Source of the DNA: Eledone cirrhosa
Lineage: Eukaryota
NCBI GenBank assembly: GCA_964016885.1
Contig: OZ024743.1
Coordinates: forward strand, 318,680,001-318,744,000
DNA length: 64,000 bases
Direction of reading: 5' to 3'
Shown here: piece by piece, positions 12,390 to 27,037 of the stretch
Layout: every line of letters starts with the position of its first letter
Numbering within the stretch: the stretch's first letter is position 1
Notes under the pieces: generated by a model
Databases searched by the model: none
What the model saw: only the letters and a program-made list of their open reading frames with translations
What the model was told of the DNA's origin: nothing
Made by a program: the position numbers and the translations under genes

Positions 12390-13560
12390 TCATCATCATC
12401 ATCATCATCACCGTTTTACGTCCGTTCTTCCATGCTAGCATGGGTTAGTCAGGTTGTCCTGTTGTGGGCAGTGTCTGGTCGGCTGACCATGCCTTGCTCA
12501 TACAGGAACTGATTCTGGCTTGATTTCTACAGCTGGATGCCCTTCCTAACACCACCCTCATTTACAGTGAGTGCTGGGTGCTTTTTTTCTGTGGCGCCTA
12601 CACGTCCACTTTATAGTGTGGGCTGGGTGCTTTTTTGCCGTGGCACCTCCACGACCACTTTGCAGTTGGAGGGTGTGGGGGCATATTGTCTATATGCTTC
12701 AGCTTGTACCCATGGGAGGGGTACAAGGGATATATATATCATCATCATCATCATCATCGTTTAACGTCCATATTCCACGCTTGCATGGGTTTGGACGGGA
12801 GTTTTCCCACTTGAGGCAAGGGTGGTTGTCTTGCTCGCATAGGACTGTCTGGCGGGTTTTCTACGGCTGGATGCCCTTCCTAACACCAATCACATTTACA
12901 GTGTAGAACTGGGAGGTTTTTACTGTGTTACCTACACGGCCACATTACAGCGTGGACTGTGTGTTTTTTTGTCGTGACACCTACACGACCTCATTTGTTT
13001 CGGGCTGGATGTTGTGACACCAACATAACTTTACATTGAAAGGGGTGGTGTGGATGGGGTGGGGCTAGTGGGACGGGGTAGTGGGACGGGGGTGTATTTT
13101 GTTAGAGGTGCCTACTGACTGTAGTAGGTTTCACTTTGTACTTAGGTAAGGCGGGTCTTCTGTATTACTGTGTAGCGCCAAAGCTCTCGGTCCAGTGACA
13201 TTGTCTTGGAGAGGTGTAAGTGTGTGAGGTCGGAATTTATCAACTCGTTCCAGGTTTTTCTGGGTCTGCTTACTCCGTGGCTACCATCTATTTTTATTGC
13301 CCTGCACTTTTTTATACAGCTGTCGTCTTTCATGCGCATCACGTGACCATACATATATATATATAGGCAACACGGTAAAAACCTCCCAGCCCCACACTGT
13401 AAATGTGGTTGGTGTTAGGAAGGGCATCCAGCTGTAGAAAACCTGCCAGACAGTCCTATGCGAGCAAGACAATCACTCTTGCCTCAAGTGGGAAAACCCC
13501 CGTCCAAACCCATGCAAGCGTGGAACACGGACGTTAAACGATGATGATGATGATGATGAT
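12390..13560. mobile_element. Cluster of three RTE 3' ends (12390-12725 minus, 12738-13350 minus, 13362-13560 plus)
   Basis: YGHVMRMKDDSCIKKCR...RPRKTWNELI; shared 3'UTR and (CAT)n tails. Confidence 0.85.
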
Positions 13561-13568
13561 ACACATAA

Positions 13569-13607
<39 letters not shown>

Positions 13608-14039
13608 AACACACACATAATAACAATAAGCATTTCTTTTATCAACCCCGTAAGGATGAAAGGCTAAATTAACCTCGGCGGGATTTGAACTCAGAATGTA
13701 AAGGGCCGTAACTCCATGCTGCAATGGTGTCTGACGCTCTTCTGATACTAACAATCCATCAGCTTGATAAGGGTTTCTGATTTAGGCACAAGGCCAACAA
13801 TTTTGGGGGAGAGGAAAGTCAATTAAATTGACTCCTGTGCATAACTGATACTTTATTTTATTGACCCTGTAAGGATAAAAGGCAAAGCTAACCTTGGTAG
13901 GATTTGAGCTCAGAACGTAAAGGGACATAACTATATGCCATGAAGCATGGTGCTGTCTGATACTACCAATCTGCCACCCTAAAACACCAGGTGCATAATG
14001 AGAAAGTTAAATCCCCACAAATTCTTGATTAATTTTTTT

Positions 14040-14240
14040 AACATTTGAAAATTATAGACAGCGTCTTTCATTAGAAATATGTTAATGAAAAGGTTAATGA
14101 TATTGGCAGTGTCTCTCATTAGAAATATGGTAATGAAAGGCTTAATAGCATAGGCAATATCTTTCATTAGAAATATGGTAATGAAAGGGTTAATGACAGA
14201 CAGCGCCTTTCATTAGAAATGTGGTAAGGAAAGGGTTAAA
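14040..14240. repeat. About 45-bp tandem repeat of a piggyBac-like MITE end
   Basis: TTTCATTAGAAATATGGTAATGAAAGGGTTAA-like unit, 4 copies. Confidence 0.65.
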
Positions 14241-15049
14241 GAAGAATTGAATCAAATTCTCCACCTTTTGGGAAGGTCTGACAATGCTTGTCTGCTCTGA
14301 TCAATACTTCTTAGTAAACTAAGAATCTTAAAAGTGCATATTTAATCAATGTAAGTAGGATGAGATGAGAGTTGTAGGGCAGCTTAAGTTATTTACAAAA
14401 TAAATCTATTTGCTGGATCTTGGTTTAGCTAATGTAAGCACTTCACTTAACTTATAAATCTGATATTGTATTAACTTATAATGCTAATGCTTTGGGAAAA
14501 GTCAGGAAAATCATAAGTCCTGTTTGTTTTTCCCTAAAACCAAACCTGGAAACTCTGACCTATAATTGGTTCATTCATGTGCTGAAGGATGTTGACAAGA
14601 ACACCAACAAAAGCACCTGGTTCACCCTATAAAGTGTTCATGTGGATGACACAACAAAAAGCACCCAGTCCAGTGATTGTGTTGATGACCCAAAGTAAAG
14701 TGATTGTGTTGATGACCCAAAAACAAAGAACCTGGTCCACCCTGTAAGGTGGTTGTGCTGGTGATATGTTGATAGAGTGCCTAGTCCAACTCATCAGCTG
14801 GTCCTTTTGGTTTCACCCAGTCCACACTGTAAGTATGGTGAGCATTCGGAAAGGCATTCAGTCCTAAAAAACAAGCCAGAAACAGTTCTGTATGAGCAAG
14901 ACACAGTCATCCGAGTTGACTTGTCTGACAATGGGACAACTCATCTAATCCATGTTAATGTGGAAAAATGGATATGAAACGGTGATGATGATGGAGATGT
15001 TATTCATATATTCTTATATAATTACATGTCTTAGTTGACAACATAGGGA

Positions 15050-15525
15050 TTTTCTCTTTGAACAAAAGTCCAGCAGTGTGATGCTAGTGTGTGTGCAAGG
15101 TTGCATGGAAGTGAAACATGGACAGTGGACACAGTGGATATGCAAAAGCTGGAGAGAAATGAAGCATGCCTACTTTGATGGATTTGAAATATTAATGTGT
15201 ATTAATGTGTATGAATGACAAAACATGGAGAAGCTGAAGAAAAACTGGCTATAAGAGGAATCAAATGTAGTGAGCAAGTATTGCGCTGGTATAAATACAT
15301 GATGTCTTTGAAGGATGATTATTGGGTGAAGAAGTGTCAGGAATTCCCAGTAGAAGGGAAGATGCAATTGAGGAAGACCAAGTAAACCTGGGCAGAACTG
15401 GTGAGAGTTGAACTAAAAATACTAAACTACACAGTGATGATAAAGGAATACAAGTGGTGGGAAGCTGTGCAGGAGAAGACCCACCCAACTCATGCCAGCA
15501 TGGGAAAAGGGACATAAAGTGATGA
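15050..15525 (+). mobile_element. Old RTE 3' fragment
   Basis: Decayed LHGSETW / LERNEA motifs and RTE-like tail. Confidence 0.7.
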
Positions 15526-16044
15526 TTGTAACCAACAGTGATAAAATACTATAAAAAATTACCAGTTATATAATGAGTAAAAAATAAAGAAAATTAATGT
15601 TGTCTTTCAAATTTTAAATGTCTTGATATAATATCAAAAATGTACTTGAAATTCATAGAAATAATAATTTCTACTATAGGCAATTTTGGGGAAGGGGAAA
15701 GTCGATTAAATCGACCCCAGTGCATAACTAGGGCTTTATTTCATCGACCCCCATAAGGATGAAAGGCAAAGCTAACCTCGACGGGATTTGAACTCAGATC
15801 GTAAGAGGTGTAACTATGCTGCAAAGCATGTTGTCCAGTGCTCCAGCGAAACTGCCAATTAACCAATTCATAGAAATGATATTAATTTGGAAACTCAAAT
15901 GCAAGAATAACTGTTAAAACAGCCAAATGCTGTTTATGACAGTATGTAAGTTGGGTAAAAATACCTCTATGTACAAAAATGTACTGTTGTGTAGTGTCGT
16001 TACTCATAGAAATAATTGTCAGTTAAAGAAACTTGTGATTCTCC

Positions 16045-16441
16045 CTTTTCATCAACACTACAACACTACCACCACAGCTATTGCCATCATCAATACCACC
16101 ATCAGTACTATTACCATCACTGTTATTACCATCATCAACCCAACCATTACCATCACCATTATCATCCTGTGTCATTATCACCACCACCACCATCATCATC
16201 ATCACTACCATCATCATTATCAGCCGAACCATTACCATCATCATCATCACTGCTATCACTATTAGTCTGACCATTATCATCACTATCAGCCCAACCATTG
16301 TCATCACAACCATCACCATAATCAGCATCAGCATCATCACTATCATCACTATCAACCCAACTATTACCATCACCACCATCATAATCATCATCACTATCAG
16401 CCCAACTATCACCCTTACTGCAATCATCATCATCACCACCA
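16045..16441. repeat. Degenerate (CAT/CAC)n trinucleotide tract
   Basis: Direct inspection; source of the His-, Ile- and Asp-rich ORFs. Confidence 0.9.
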
Positions 16442-16954
16442 TGGTTGCTCACAAGACAAATTAGATGGTTGAAATGGTAAAATGGTAAGGGTGGGGAAAG
16501 TTTCTCAAAGAAAGGAATTTAATGAGAATTTTTTGACAGAATGAGAAGAATTATCTTTATTTATTTCAACAGGTTCTTGGAGTGGGTTTCTGAAATTAAG
16601 GGAGGTAAAGAAAGGTTTTGAAGTTTTTACTTAAGACTAGAACTCACTTCAACACAAACAGCAGATGTGGGCAAACTTTGTTTGGAACTACTGAAAGGAT
16701 GAGAAAACAGTGCTAGAAGTAAGGTTGGCTATGGGATGAGGAGAAAGGGCTATTGAAGAATATTATTGCCAGTGTTGATATTTGAAGTCATCCAAGATTT
16801 ATAGACTACAATAAATATAATGTATCTATGGAGTTTCCCTCTCTGCTAGTTTTCTTCCCAACTTGAAGATAATCTACCCTGTTTGCAGTTTAAAGAAGCA
16901 TAGCACTATATTTATTAAACTTACACTATTATAGTTGGCAATTGATGTAAGTAG

Positions 16955-17280
16955 CATGGCTGAATGTTTAAGGAGTTTTCTTCCTAATCATTAATTCCAC
17001 TGTGTGACATCTTGGACAAGTGTCATTTACCTTGGGTCGACTCATACATCATGAGTGAAATTGTGTAGATGGAAACTGTTTGGAAGCCCCATCAGGTTGA
17101 CTGCACCTCTAATTCAAAGGCTAGATTTGTCACACACTGTATCATGCTGAACCTCCCTGAGAATTATGTTAGGGAACACTTGTCTATGGAATTCTCATTC
17201 ACCTACATGTTAATTTCATGAACAGGTTGTTCCATTGATTATACAACTGCAGTACTTATCAAAACCGACAGGCAACCATT
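16955..17280 (+). mobile_element. Old tRNA-SINE family C
   Basis: Decayed tRNA head plus conserved CATGTTAATTTCATGAACAGGTTGTTCCATTGAT segment; reverse copies at about 6000, 35950 and 43860. Confidence 0.55.
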
Positions 17281-17661
17281 CCATTAGAGTTGGTACTGAG
17301 CATCCAGCTATTATAAATCCAGCTATAATAAATGACATTGCTTATGATTTTTAAATAATTAAAAAAATAACCAAGCATTTGGAGGGATTAAGTAATATGG
17401 AACATAACTTAATTCTTAACGTATCAAAGCATGTTTTGGAAGGTTCAAAACAATGCTACAACTGCATCTCATTAAAAATTCATCTTTAGTCTAATACAGC
17501 AAATGTTCACAACAAACTGCCCACTAGTATAGATACTAGAAATATTTGAATTAACAAAACTGCTTATTTTCTGCTAAAGCAAGCATCTTAAATAAAATTA
17601 TCATTCAGTTAAGAAAAACGAACATTAAGTTATGATGATATCATCAGCATGATCATAATAA

Positions 17662-17844
17662 TTGTTTCTACTTTAGGCACAAGGCCAGCATTTACCCAGT
17701 ACATTACTGGTACTTTATTTTATCGACCCCGTAAAGATGAAAGGCAAAGTTAACCTCGGCGGGATTTGAACTCAGACTGTAAAGGGACATAACTATGCTA
17801 GAAAGCATGGCGTCCGACCCTCTACCGATACTGCCAATTCACCG
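17662..17844 (-). mobile_element. tRNA-derived SINE family B
   Basis: High similarity to 34881-35068 in reverse. Confidence 0.8.
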
Positions 17845-19663
17845 ATGATCATAATAATGAAGGTGATTAAGTTAAAATCTGTCCTAAGCTGAAGGCTCAT
17901 CAGGCTGGTGCTTATCCTCAGTTTATTGGTGCTATGTGATTGAGAGTACAAGACTTTCCCTGGACAGGATGCCAGTTTATTGCAGGATTAACTTCCCAAC
18001 TACTGTTGGTACTCACTCTGAGCTGAGTATACTGGTGCAACATGAAATAAAGGGTTTTGCTAAAGAGCTGACGACATTATGATCGTACATCAAGCATCCT
18101 AACCATCAGGTCATAAAGCTCCATGGCGATTGACCCTTTCATTATCAAATATAACCTCTTCAGTGTCATAGCTGATATAATTCGCCCTAACATGTATGCA
18201 TTCCAGTGCCACAGATGAGATAATTCATCCTAACATATTTGAACTTTTCCAACATCATAACTTCAAAGTTATGAACTCGTTTCCAACAATTCATAACTTC
18301 AAAGCTAGATGGGGTTACTAGTTTATTGAGGTGACGTTTGTTAATCATTGAGATAGGTGTTGTTAATAAATGTTTTTATAAAAAGATGGTCATTTTACTG
18401 AAAAAAACCCCGGCACAGCAATTGTATCTGTGTAAAATATATGCAGCAATAAAAATGTTAAAAAAACTTTGAAAATAATCCTTCTATGAGCAGGTTTTCA
18501 CTTATCTAGAAAGCTAATCAAACAACAGGATTTAATGTAACCCAAAACAGCTACCTAGTGATAAAGTATTCAGTAAACTAACTGCTAATCTCACTCATAT
18601 CATAGCAAAAGTTGTATATGGTACACATTAACCAAATTTCTAATGAAAGACACTACCTATAATTTTGAAACAATTTTGAGGGATTTAGAAATATAACTTT
18701 CTCATAGTTCATCTGGTGTTTGGAACATAACAAATGTTCTTAGATAAAATTATAATAGAAGGTTTTTTAATATATATAAACACTTTACCATATTTCTAAT
18801 AAAATACACTGCCCATGATTTTCAAATAATTTTGAAAATAATCAAGAAATTGGATGGGTTTTGTAATACAACTTTCTCCTTATTAAGCTGGTGTTTGGAA
18901 CATGACTTAACAAAGGCTCTTACATAAAATTATAATGGAAGGTTTTTAGATAAATATAAGAATAAACTTTAGAATAAACAGTTTCAGGCAGTTTGGTATC
19001 AAGAGCTAAGAAACATTGTACTTAAAAAAATTTTTTTTTTTTATTATACTTAAATATTAAAGTTGACACTTAGTATTTAGAAAACTACTTACATTTTCAT
19101 TAAATGCTATTAATATATCCATATAAAATTAAAAGAACCTTTTAGTATTTTAAGAAACACTTCACTATATTTAAATGATTTTATTCAGATTATTTAAATT
19201 GTATAAATAAATATTTAAAGACTTATAAATCCAATATATGGTTTAATCTAAGTTGAATAAATGCACTGGCTATAAGTCATTGAAGAAGTAATAGAAGTTG
19301 ATAGAAATAATTTAACAAAAAAACTGGGTTGTAATTTGAGAAGGAATGCTATAGGAATGCTGTAGGTCCAAAAATATCTTTTATAGTAATTAATCTAAAT
19401 GTTCTAGCATAGGACAAATTATATATTAAGCTCCAAACTTTATTACCTGCTGTTCCATCTATTACATAAAAAAATAACATGGCTTAATAACATTTTGGGG
19501 ATGTACTGGTTTTAGTATCTGTACTGGTTTTAGTATCAGTTTTGAATTTAACACCCATGAAATTTACTATATCTGGGTCACTCCAGGTAGAGCAGCTACT
19601 TCTCCAAATTGAGAGATCACAGCTCCAATATTATGGACATGTAGTTAGAATGACTAAGAATGC

Positions 19664-19707
<44 letters not shown>

Positions 19708-19816
19708 CAGTTCCTGTATGAGCAAGACATGGTCAGCCGACCAGACTCTGCCCACAACAGGACAACCCGTCTAACCCATGCTAGCATGGAAGAATGAACG
19801 TAAAACGGTGATGATG

Positions 19817-19856
<40 letters not shown>

Positions 19857-20021
19857 AAAGAAAGAGATAGAGAGACATTCATGGTAACAGTATGATGATC
19901 CTGTGATTACACAGGTGAAACTCCAGAATAACAAGATTCACAACTTGGCCATGTTAAATGAATATTTACACTCTACATCTGTATTGAGAACTCTTTTCTC
20001 TTGTCTGTCAACTACATACGA

Positions 20022-20053
<32 letters not shown>

Positions 20054-20061
20054 ATATATAT

Positions 20062-22745
20062 CATCATCATCATCATCATCATCACCGTTTTACGTCCGTT
20101 CTTCCATGCTAGCATGGGTTAGACGGGTTGTCCTGTTGTGGGCAGTGTCCGGTCGGCTAACCTTGTCTTGCTCATATGGGAACTGATTCTGGCTTGATTT
20201 CTACAGCTGGATGCCCTTCCTAACACCAACCTCATTTACAGTGAGTGCTGGGTGCTTTTTTCCCGTGGTGCCTATACATCCACATTACATTGTGGGCTTC
20301 GGGCTTTTTGCCGTGGCACCTACACGACCACTTTGCAGTGGGAGGGGGTGGGGGCATATTGTCTATATGCTTCAGCTTCAGCTTGTACCTGTGGGAAGTC
20401 GGGTCTTCTGTATTAGTGTGTGAAGTCACGGTCATGTGTCATCCCCTTTGAGAGGTGCAATTGGGTAAGGTCGGCTTTTATCACCTCATCCCAGATCTTC
20501 TTGGGTCTCCCCACTCCACGGCTTCCATCGACTTATAGTACTCTGCACCTTTTTATGCATCTGTCATCCTTCATATGCATCACATGTCCATACCAACGCA
20601 ACCTTCTCTTCTACACACAGCAATTGATTCCTCTTATGCTCAGTCTCTCTCTCAATTCATTTATGCTTTCTGTTCACGTATATTACTATTACACACCCAT
20701 CGGAGCATGCAGGCTTCATTTCTTTCTAATCTACGCAAGTCTTCTACAGACAGCGCCCAGGTCTCACTACCATGTAACATTGCTGTTCGTATGCACGCAT
20801 CATACAGTCTGCCTTTCATTTTGAGGGAAAAGTCTTTTGCAACTAGCAGTGGCAGTAGCTCCCTGAACTTCTTCCATCCCGTTATTACCCTAGTTATTGT
20901 ACTTTCTGAACACCCACCTCTGCTGCAAATTCGGTCACCTAGGTAGCAGAAGCTGTCTACTGTTTCTACAGAGCCCTCCCAGAGTTTGGTGGTGCTTGTT
21001 TCCTGTGGCCGTTTGCTGCTTGCTGTCTCAGCGCAGCTGCTACATGTGAAGCCTACATTCTTAGTTCAGCTATCTCTTGTGTACACATTGTTTGCATTTG
21101 GGGCAGAGGATGGAGTTCCTACCTACACCTTTCCTAAATAGAGCAAGGCCATTTCCCTGAGGGGATCTAGGTTCTGTTTTCTCGTCTACTTACAAGGACC
21201 TTAGTCTTTGTCAGGTTGACTTTGAGACCCTTTCTTTCTAGTCCCTGCTTCCATGTTTGGAATTTCTTCTCTAGTTCTACCATAGATTCAGCTATAAGTG
21301 CAAGGTCATCCGCATGCAGGAGTTTCCATGGGCATCCGGTCTTAAACTCCTCCGTTATTGCCTGCAAAACTATGATGAACAGGAGAGGGCTAAGAACAGA
21401 TCCCTGGTGGACACCGACCTGTATGTTTAATTCCTTGCTATAGTCATTGTTAATCCTAACTTTGCTGACTGCTCCTCTATACATGGCTTGTACAGCTTTC
21501 ACAAGCCATTCATCTACATTCATCTACCTTCTAAGAGCCCACCAGATTATAGCACGGGGGACTCTGTCAAAGGCTTTCTCCAGATTGACGAAGCCAGGTA
21601 GAGCGGCTTACTTTTAGCTCAGTACTTTTTCTGTAACTGCCTCACAAGGAAGAGGGCATCAGTGGTGCCTTTTCCTAGCACAAACCCAAATTGCATCTCA
21701 TCTAGTTTCACCTGGTCCCTAATCAACTGTGCTATAACTCTTTCTGTTACTTTCATGACCTGGTCCATCAGCTTTATAACTCTATAGTTTCTTCTATCTA
21801 GTGCATCACCTTTACCCTTGTAGCAGTTGACAATGATGCTGCTGCACCAATCCTTTGGTATGAGACCTTCTAGTATTACCTGGTTAACAATGCATGTGGT
21901 TATGGCGTGACCTACCGACTCAGATACCTTCAGCATCTCGGCAGCTATACTCGATGGACCGGTTGCCTTTCCCGTCTTCATATCTTTCATTACCTTACTT
22001 ACTACGCTGCTGCTGACCCCTCTAAAGGGTTTATTTGGGGTAGGGGCTCTTTTTCTTATGCATTCTCCTCATTTAGTAATCTATCATAATGGCTCTTCCA
22101 CGCATCTTTCTTCTCAGCACTTGTGAGGGCAAGCTCACCTTTATCATTCCGGATACACTTCTCTCCAATGACATCACAATTCTCTCTGACACACTGCCTC
22201 ATCTACCTTATTGTTCCACTACCAAGTCACTCTCCTCCTGTCTGTGGTCTTGCTCCAACCACAAATCTCGTTCGTTGCTTTTAGTAAGTTATTTTTTAGG
22301 AACTCCCTGTGCTTTTCTACATTGAATGTCTCTATCTGTTCTTCTTTACTGTCATAGACGTCAAGTAAGATATCTTTAAACCTGTTACTGGCTGAGGGGT
22401 CTTCCAGATCTTTCTTCTCCAGGTTGCCTTCTGTTTCCAAGTAACTCTAGTTCTGACAATGAGGTCATTGACAACTAAGTTATGTTGGGAGGTACATTCC
22501 TCACTAAGGAAGGCTTTTGTGTTTACGACCATCCATCTATCTCTGATAAGGATAAAATCTATCTGACTAGAATGCTCCCCTGATCTATAGGTGATCAGAT
22601 GGTTGTCGGGTTTTTTAAAGTTTGTGTTACATATCGACATGTCATTGGAGTCACAGAATTCTAGAAGCCTGAAGCCTTTTTCATTTATTGTGCCAAACCC
22701 GTGGCCTTCATGGACTCTATAGAAGCCGTCATGGTGTTTACCTAT
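20062..22745 (-). mobile_element. RTE LINE, about 2.7 kb, decayed ORF (end of APE endonuclease, RT, PHD-like finger, C-terminus, 3'UTR)
   Basis: SQIDFILIR; YKGKGDALDRRNYR; QFGFV..KGTTDALF; GVHQGSVLSPLLF; HADD in place of YADD; stops and frameshifts; (ATG)n tail. Confidence 0.95.
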
Positions 22746-24289
22746 GATATATATATATATTTATATATAATAAGGGCTTAGATTGCCATCCAGTTATTTT
22801 GATCTTGTTTACAATTTGCTCAACAAATTCATTTGGAGCACATGCACATATGTGTATGTATATATATATATATATGCATACATACATTTTAAGTTTCTGA
22901 ATGAGACCTAAAATACTTGTAGGTTTTTGTGAAAAGTCTACTTAAACCAATTCAGAATATATTGAATGACAAATCAACAATTTGTGAGAATATTCTGAAT
23001 TAGATAGTATTAAAATGTGCAAAGAAAGTATATAACTTAATGTATTTAATATATCTTCTTGTAAGGTACAGGTATGGTTGTGTGATTAAGGAAGTCACTT
23101 CGCTTTACGTATTTTCAAGTTCACTTAAAAAAAATTTTATTGTTTAAGTCCCAGAACAGCGGTTTGATAAAAAAAAAGAGAAGAAAAAAAAACAGCATTG
23201 ATAAAATAAGTACCTGCCTTTAAAAAAATAAGTACTGGCTTCAAAATAGTGTGGTATGGTGGTATGGTCCCGTAACTCCTGATGGAGTCGTAGGGGCGTC
23301 AAAGTGACATACAGTGTTTCTTGGGTTTTTTAAGCCTGGCAGAGCCCATCTTCTCTCCATGCCTGAACATAGCAAATTTCTTCCAAAGAAGTAGAGAGAG
23401 AGTGAGAGAAAGGAAGTGAGAAAGAAATATAGAGGAAGAATTTACACCAGTATTAAACTGGTACATTTTTATTGACCACGAAAGAATGAAAGGCAAAGTT
23501 AACCTAGTTTGAACTTAGAGAGCATAGAGCCGGAATGAATACCCCAAAGCACTCTATCTGATGTTCTAATGGCTTTGCTAATTTGCCACCTTATTAGTGT
23601 CAATATGATCAACTAAAATTCCATTAACTTGGTGCCCCAGCATGACCACAGTCTAATGACTGAAACCAGTAAAAGAATAACAGAATAAGAATCACATAAT
23701 TTCCATCAAAGAAGCTGATGAAGCAGTTGGTCAAACGAGAGAAATAAACAGATCTGAACTGCTTCATATTTGTAGCTGTTGTTAGAGCAACAAACATATG
23801 TTCTAGTTGAAAATATCTATTGTGTACATGATACTATCACTGATCAGTATGTGGAAGTTAGTTCGCCTGAATCTCTACAAATGGTGTCTGTTGTATAACC
23901 ACACACAACTAGATGGTAAATTGTTCTCACATTTCAGACCACCTCTGGGAATCTAGATATTTTCTTGTAAACTGAATGATTTTAATTTCTCAGTCTTTTC
24001 ACAACAAATACTACAATGTGTGTATTTAAAAATATAAATGAAAAGGTGTGGTTTTATATTTTTAAATGTCTTGACTGCATTTAGTGAGAAGGTAAAGAAA
24101 AAATACAACTTCACACTCTCGTATGTTTGTTATGCATAAATATATTGTATATACTTTCATATACAGACCTATAATGAACAGACCTACCTTTCACCAGTAA
24201 AATTCACACTATATGCAAATGAGCATCACCAGCTGATGTTTCATATGCAAAAACCATATAGGTTTTAGCTTATTCTGTCTCAGTAGTGA

Positions 24290-24348
24290 GTGAGTGTATA
24301 TCACTGACGAAGGGGGAAAATTCAAAAATAGCTATCTGGTATTCTCAC
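24290..24348 (+). ncRNA. Degenerate type I hammerhead ribozyme
   Basis: CTGACGA core; AAAA in place of GAAA; palindromic ATAGCTAT stem III; ATC site; stem I ATATCA/TGGTAT plus GTGAG/CTCAC. Confidence 0.55.
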
Positions 24349-25826
24349 CGCTATTGAGAAAGTTGGGACATGATCACAGTTTAAAAAAAAATTCATAGTG
24401 AGACTCTTGTATGTTCATAATACATAAACATATCATATATACTTTCATATACACCCCTATGATGAAAAATATATATTGCATGTTATGTAATTATTGAACC
24501 TCATGATAATGGATCTTTCACAAGATGTGACCCCAAGAGGAACTCTGAATTAAAGCAACTAGGGTATCAGGGCAAGTAACCGTATGGGATCCCCAACACC
24601 TGCTCACAAGAAATTAATGAAAATTAAAAGTTCTATCATAAAAAGTGAAAAACATTCCATCATAATTTTATGTAAAAACCTTTGTTAAGTTATGTTCCAA
24701 ATACCATCTTAATAATGAGAAAGTTAGTTATATTACTAAATCCCTAAAAATGTATGATTATCTAAAAAAAAGTATTTGTTATGTTCCAAGTACCATCTTT
24801 GCTACCATATAACCCAGCACAACCTGCTTCGTGGTTGAATGGTAAGTGACTAAACTGGCTCCCCCACAAGACCCTGATCTGGTGATGAGGATAAGGGGAA
24901 CTCCAGCAGCCCAAGAAAACAAGAGATGTTAAAAAGGCGGATGAATTCCTCGGAGTCAACAGCCATCCAACCTAAATATGGGTAAAATAACTGTACCGAC
25001 ATGCAATTGGCCAAGTGTGGTGAATACAGCTACACCTCTGAAGACTTGACCAAAACCAAACATAGAGCAGTGGAGGTCAACCAGGGAAGGGTTTCTCCAA
25101 CAGGAGAAGGCCCTGGATTGGGTTGGAATATAATTACTAAATCCCTCAAAATTCTTGATTACCTAAAAAATTATTTGAGAGTCATATGAAATATATTTCA
25201 TGATCATCATCATTTTACATCCATTCTTCCATGCTAGCAAGGGTTGTCCTGTTTTGAGCAATGCCAGGTCAGGTGACCATGTCATAAATATGGTAATGAA
25301 AGAGTTAAGGTTATTTGAGACTACATTATCCAATGTGTCCGTCCTTCCTTTTTTTAATATAAGATATAGTTTATGAGAGACATAGTTGATATTTCTAGCA
25401 GCCCAAGTGAGTATAAAAGCTTCCCTCACAGAGGTTTCTATAGCAACATATTTACTGTGACAGAAGACTAAATAAATACCTGTAATTATACCAAGTGTTA
25501 TAGAATAACAAGTAACATCATGATATGCTGAGTTTGCAATGCAGTTGGGATTCCGAGTTATAGTTATCTATTTTATGTTTTCTAATTCTCTTATTCTTTT
25601 ACTAGTTTCACTTATTAAACTGGATCCAGTTATAAGAATAAATTATGTCATATATATATGACATAATTTATTCTTATAAAATGATCTATGTCATATAAAT
25701 CTACATTATTGCCTTTCATCCTTTTGTGGTCGATAAAATAAAGTACCAGTAATGCACTGGGGTAATAGCTGGTCTTGTGCCAAAAGTAGAAACAATTATT
25801 TTCAATATAGAATTGAAAAACCCAAA

Positions 25827-25885
<59 letters not shown>

Positions 25886-26640
25886 TATACATGCATGCAG
25901 ACATATACCCATACATACACATATGCACACACACACATATATATATAAATACATGCACACACATATGAATGCACACCCACATTCACACACACAATATATA
26001 TATATAACTATAGGTTCAATCCCTGTACATATATCAAAACTGGTTTATTACATAATCCATAATAAGCAGCTGATGAGGTCACCAGTATTAGTTGTGTCTT
26101 TGTAGTTTCTTTGTTTTTCTGTCTTGTTTATATTTATTTTTGTGATACTTTTTACATACACACATTCACACTCACTCACACACTTACACACACACACACA
26201 CATGTAGCAGGCATATCACTCTGCCGTTAGAGTTACTTGTATGTAATTAGCTGAGCATTAAAATTCTTATCAAATAAATATTGTGTTACTACTAGTTGCT
26301 ATAGTCACTATAAATGGTTTGTATATATATAAAACATACATCAATTACCCAGATATATAGTATATATATAGTGTATAGATCAATTACATAACTATATAGT
26401 ATGTATAATATATACATCAATTACACTGCTATATAATATATATAGTATATACTTCAACTACAGTACTACATATAACTGGTTTGTATCAACAGTCAAATCC
26501 ATCCAGGGTCTTCTCACGCCTGCTGGATGAAGCTCTCCCTGGTTGACCTTCAACACTTACTATTTGGTTTTGGTGATGTCAGGGGATATAGCCATACTCA
26601 CCATACTTAGCCAACTGTGGTGAGGTTATTGGCTATTTAA

Positions 26641-26871
26641 CTCTTTCGGATTTACATTATATATATACTATTGTATTGTCGTGGTAATGTCTTTATCTTA
26701 CACAATTATCTCACATAATTATAGCGCATAATATCGAATCTACGAAATTTTGATGTCATTTATTTCAAGAACAATACCTTAACATTAGTATGAGTGGCCA
26801 GTTACGGCCGGTTTGAACAGAAAGAGGTGAGAGAAATCTGGTTGGATACAGCCAGTTTAAATGCTAAAGGG
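26641..26871. mobile_element. piggyBac-like MITE
   Basis: TTAA flanks, ends CTCTTT / AAAGGG; same family as 31473 and 48822. Confidence 0.7.
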
Positions 26872-27037
26872 TTAACCCATAGTTGGGGTGGGTGACCGTT
26901 GACTCTGAGGAGTTCATCAGCCCTTTTGATAGTAATAGCATATAGTATATACATCAGTTACAGTACTAGTTGTAGTAGCCACTGTAACAGGTTTGTGTTT
27001 TGTGTGTGTGTGTGTGTGTGTGTGTGTCTATATATAT

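Noticed and set aside
15927-16464. His-rich, Asp-rich and hydrophobic ORFs
   Set aside because: Frames of a degenerate CAT/CAC repeat; no splice or domain support
18125-18168. Minus-strand CTGAAGA...GAAA
   Set aside because: Stem I does not pair; GAAAGGG is a MITE end
23715-23767. CTGATGA plus 11-bp hairpin as hammerhead or pre-miRNA
   Set aside because: No GAAA after the stem; stem too short and loop too large for a pre-miRNA
24800-24965. Possible decayed HDV-like motif (ACC TGCTTCGT GGT ... GGCGGATG)
   Set aside because: Could not build convincing P1, P1.1 and P2
25480-25567. Possible upstream minus-strand exon of the EGF-like gene
   Set aside because: Phase-1 donor fits, but the acceptor is purine-rich and the peptide is unrecognisable
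26067-26100. CTGATGA as a hammerhead core
   Set aside because: No downstream GAAA or stem II
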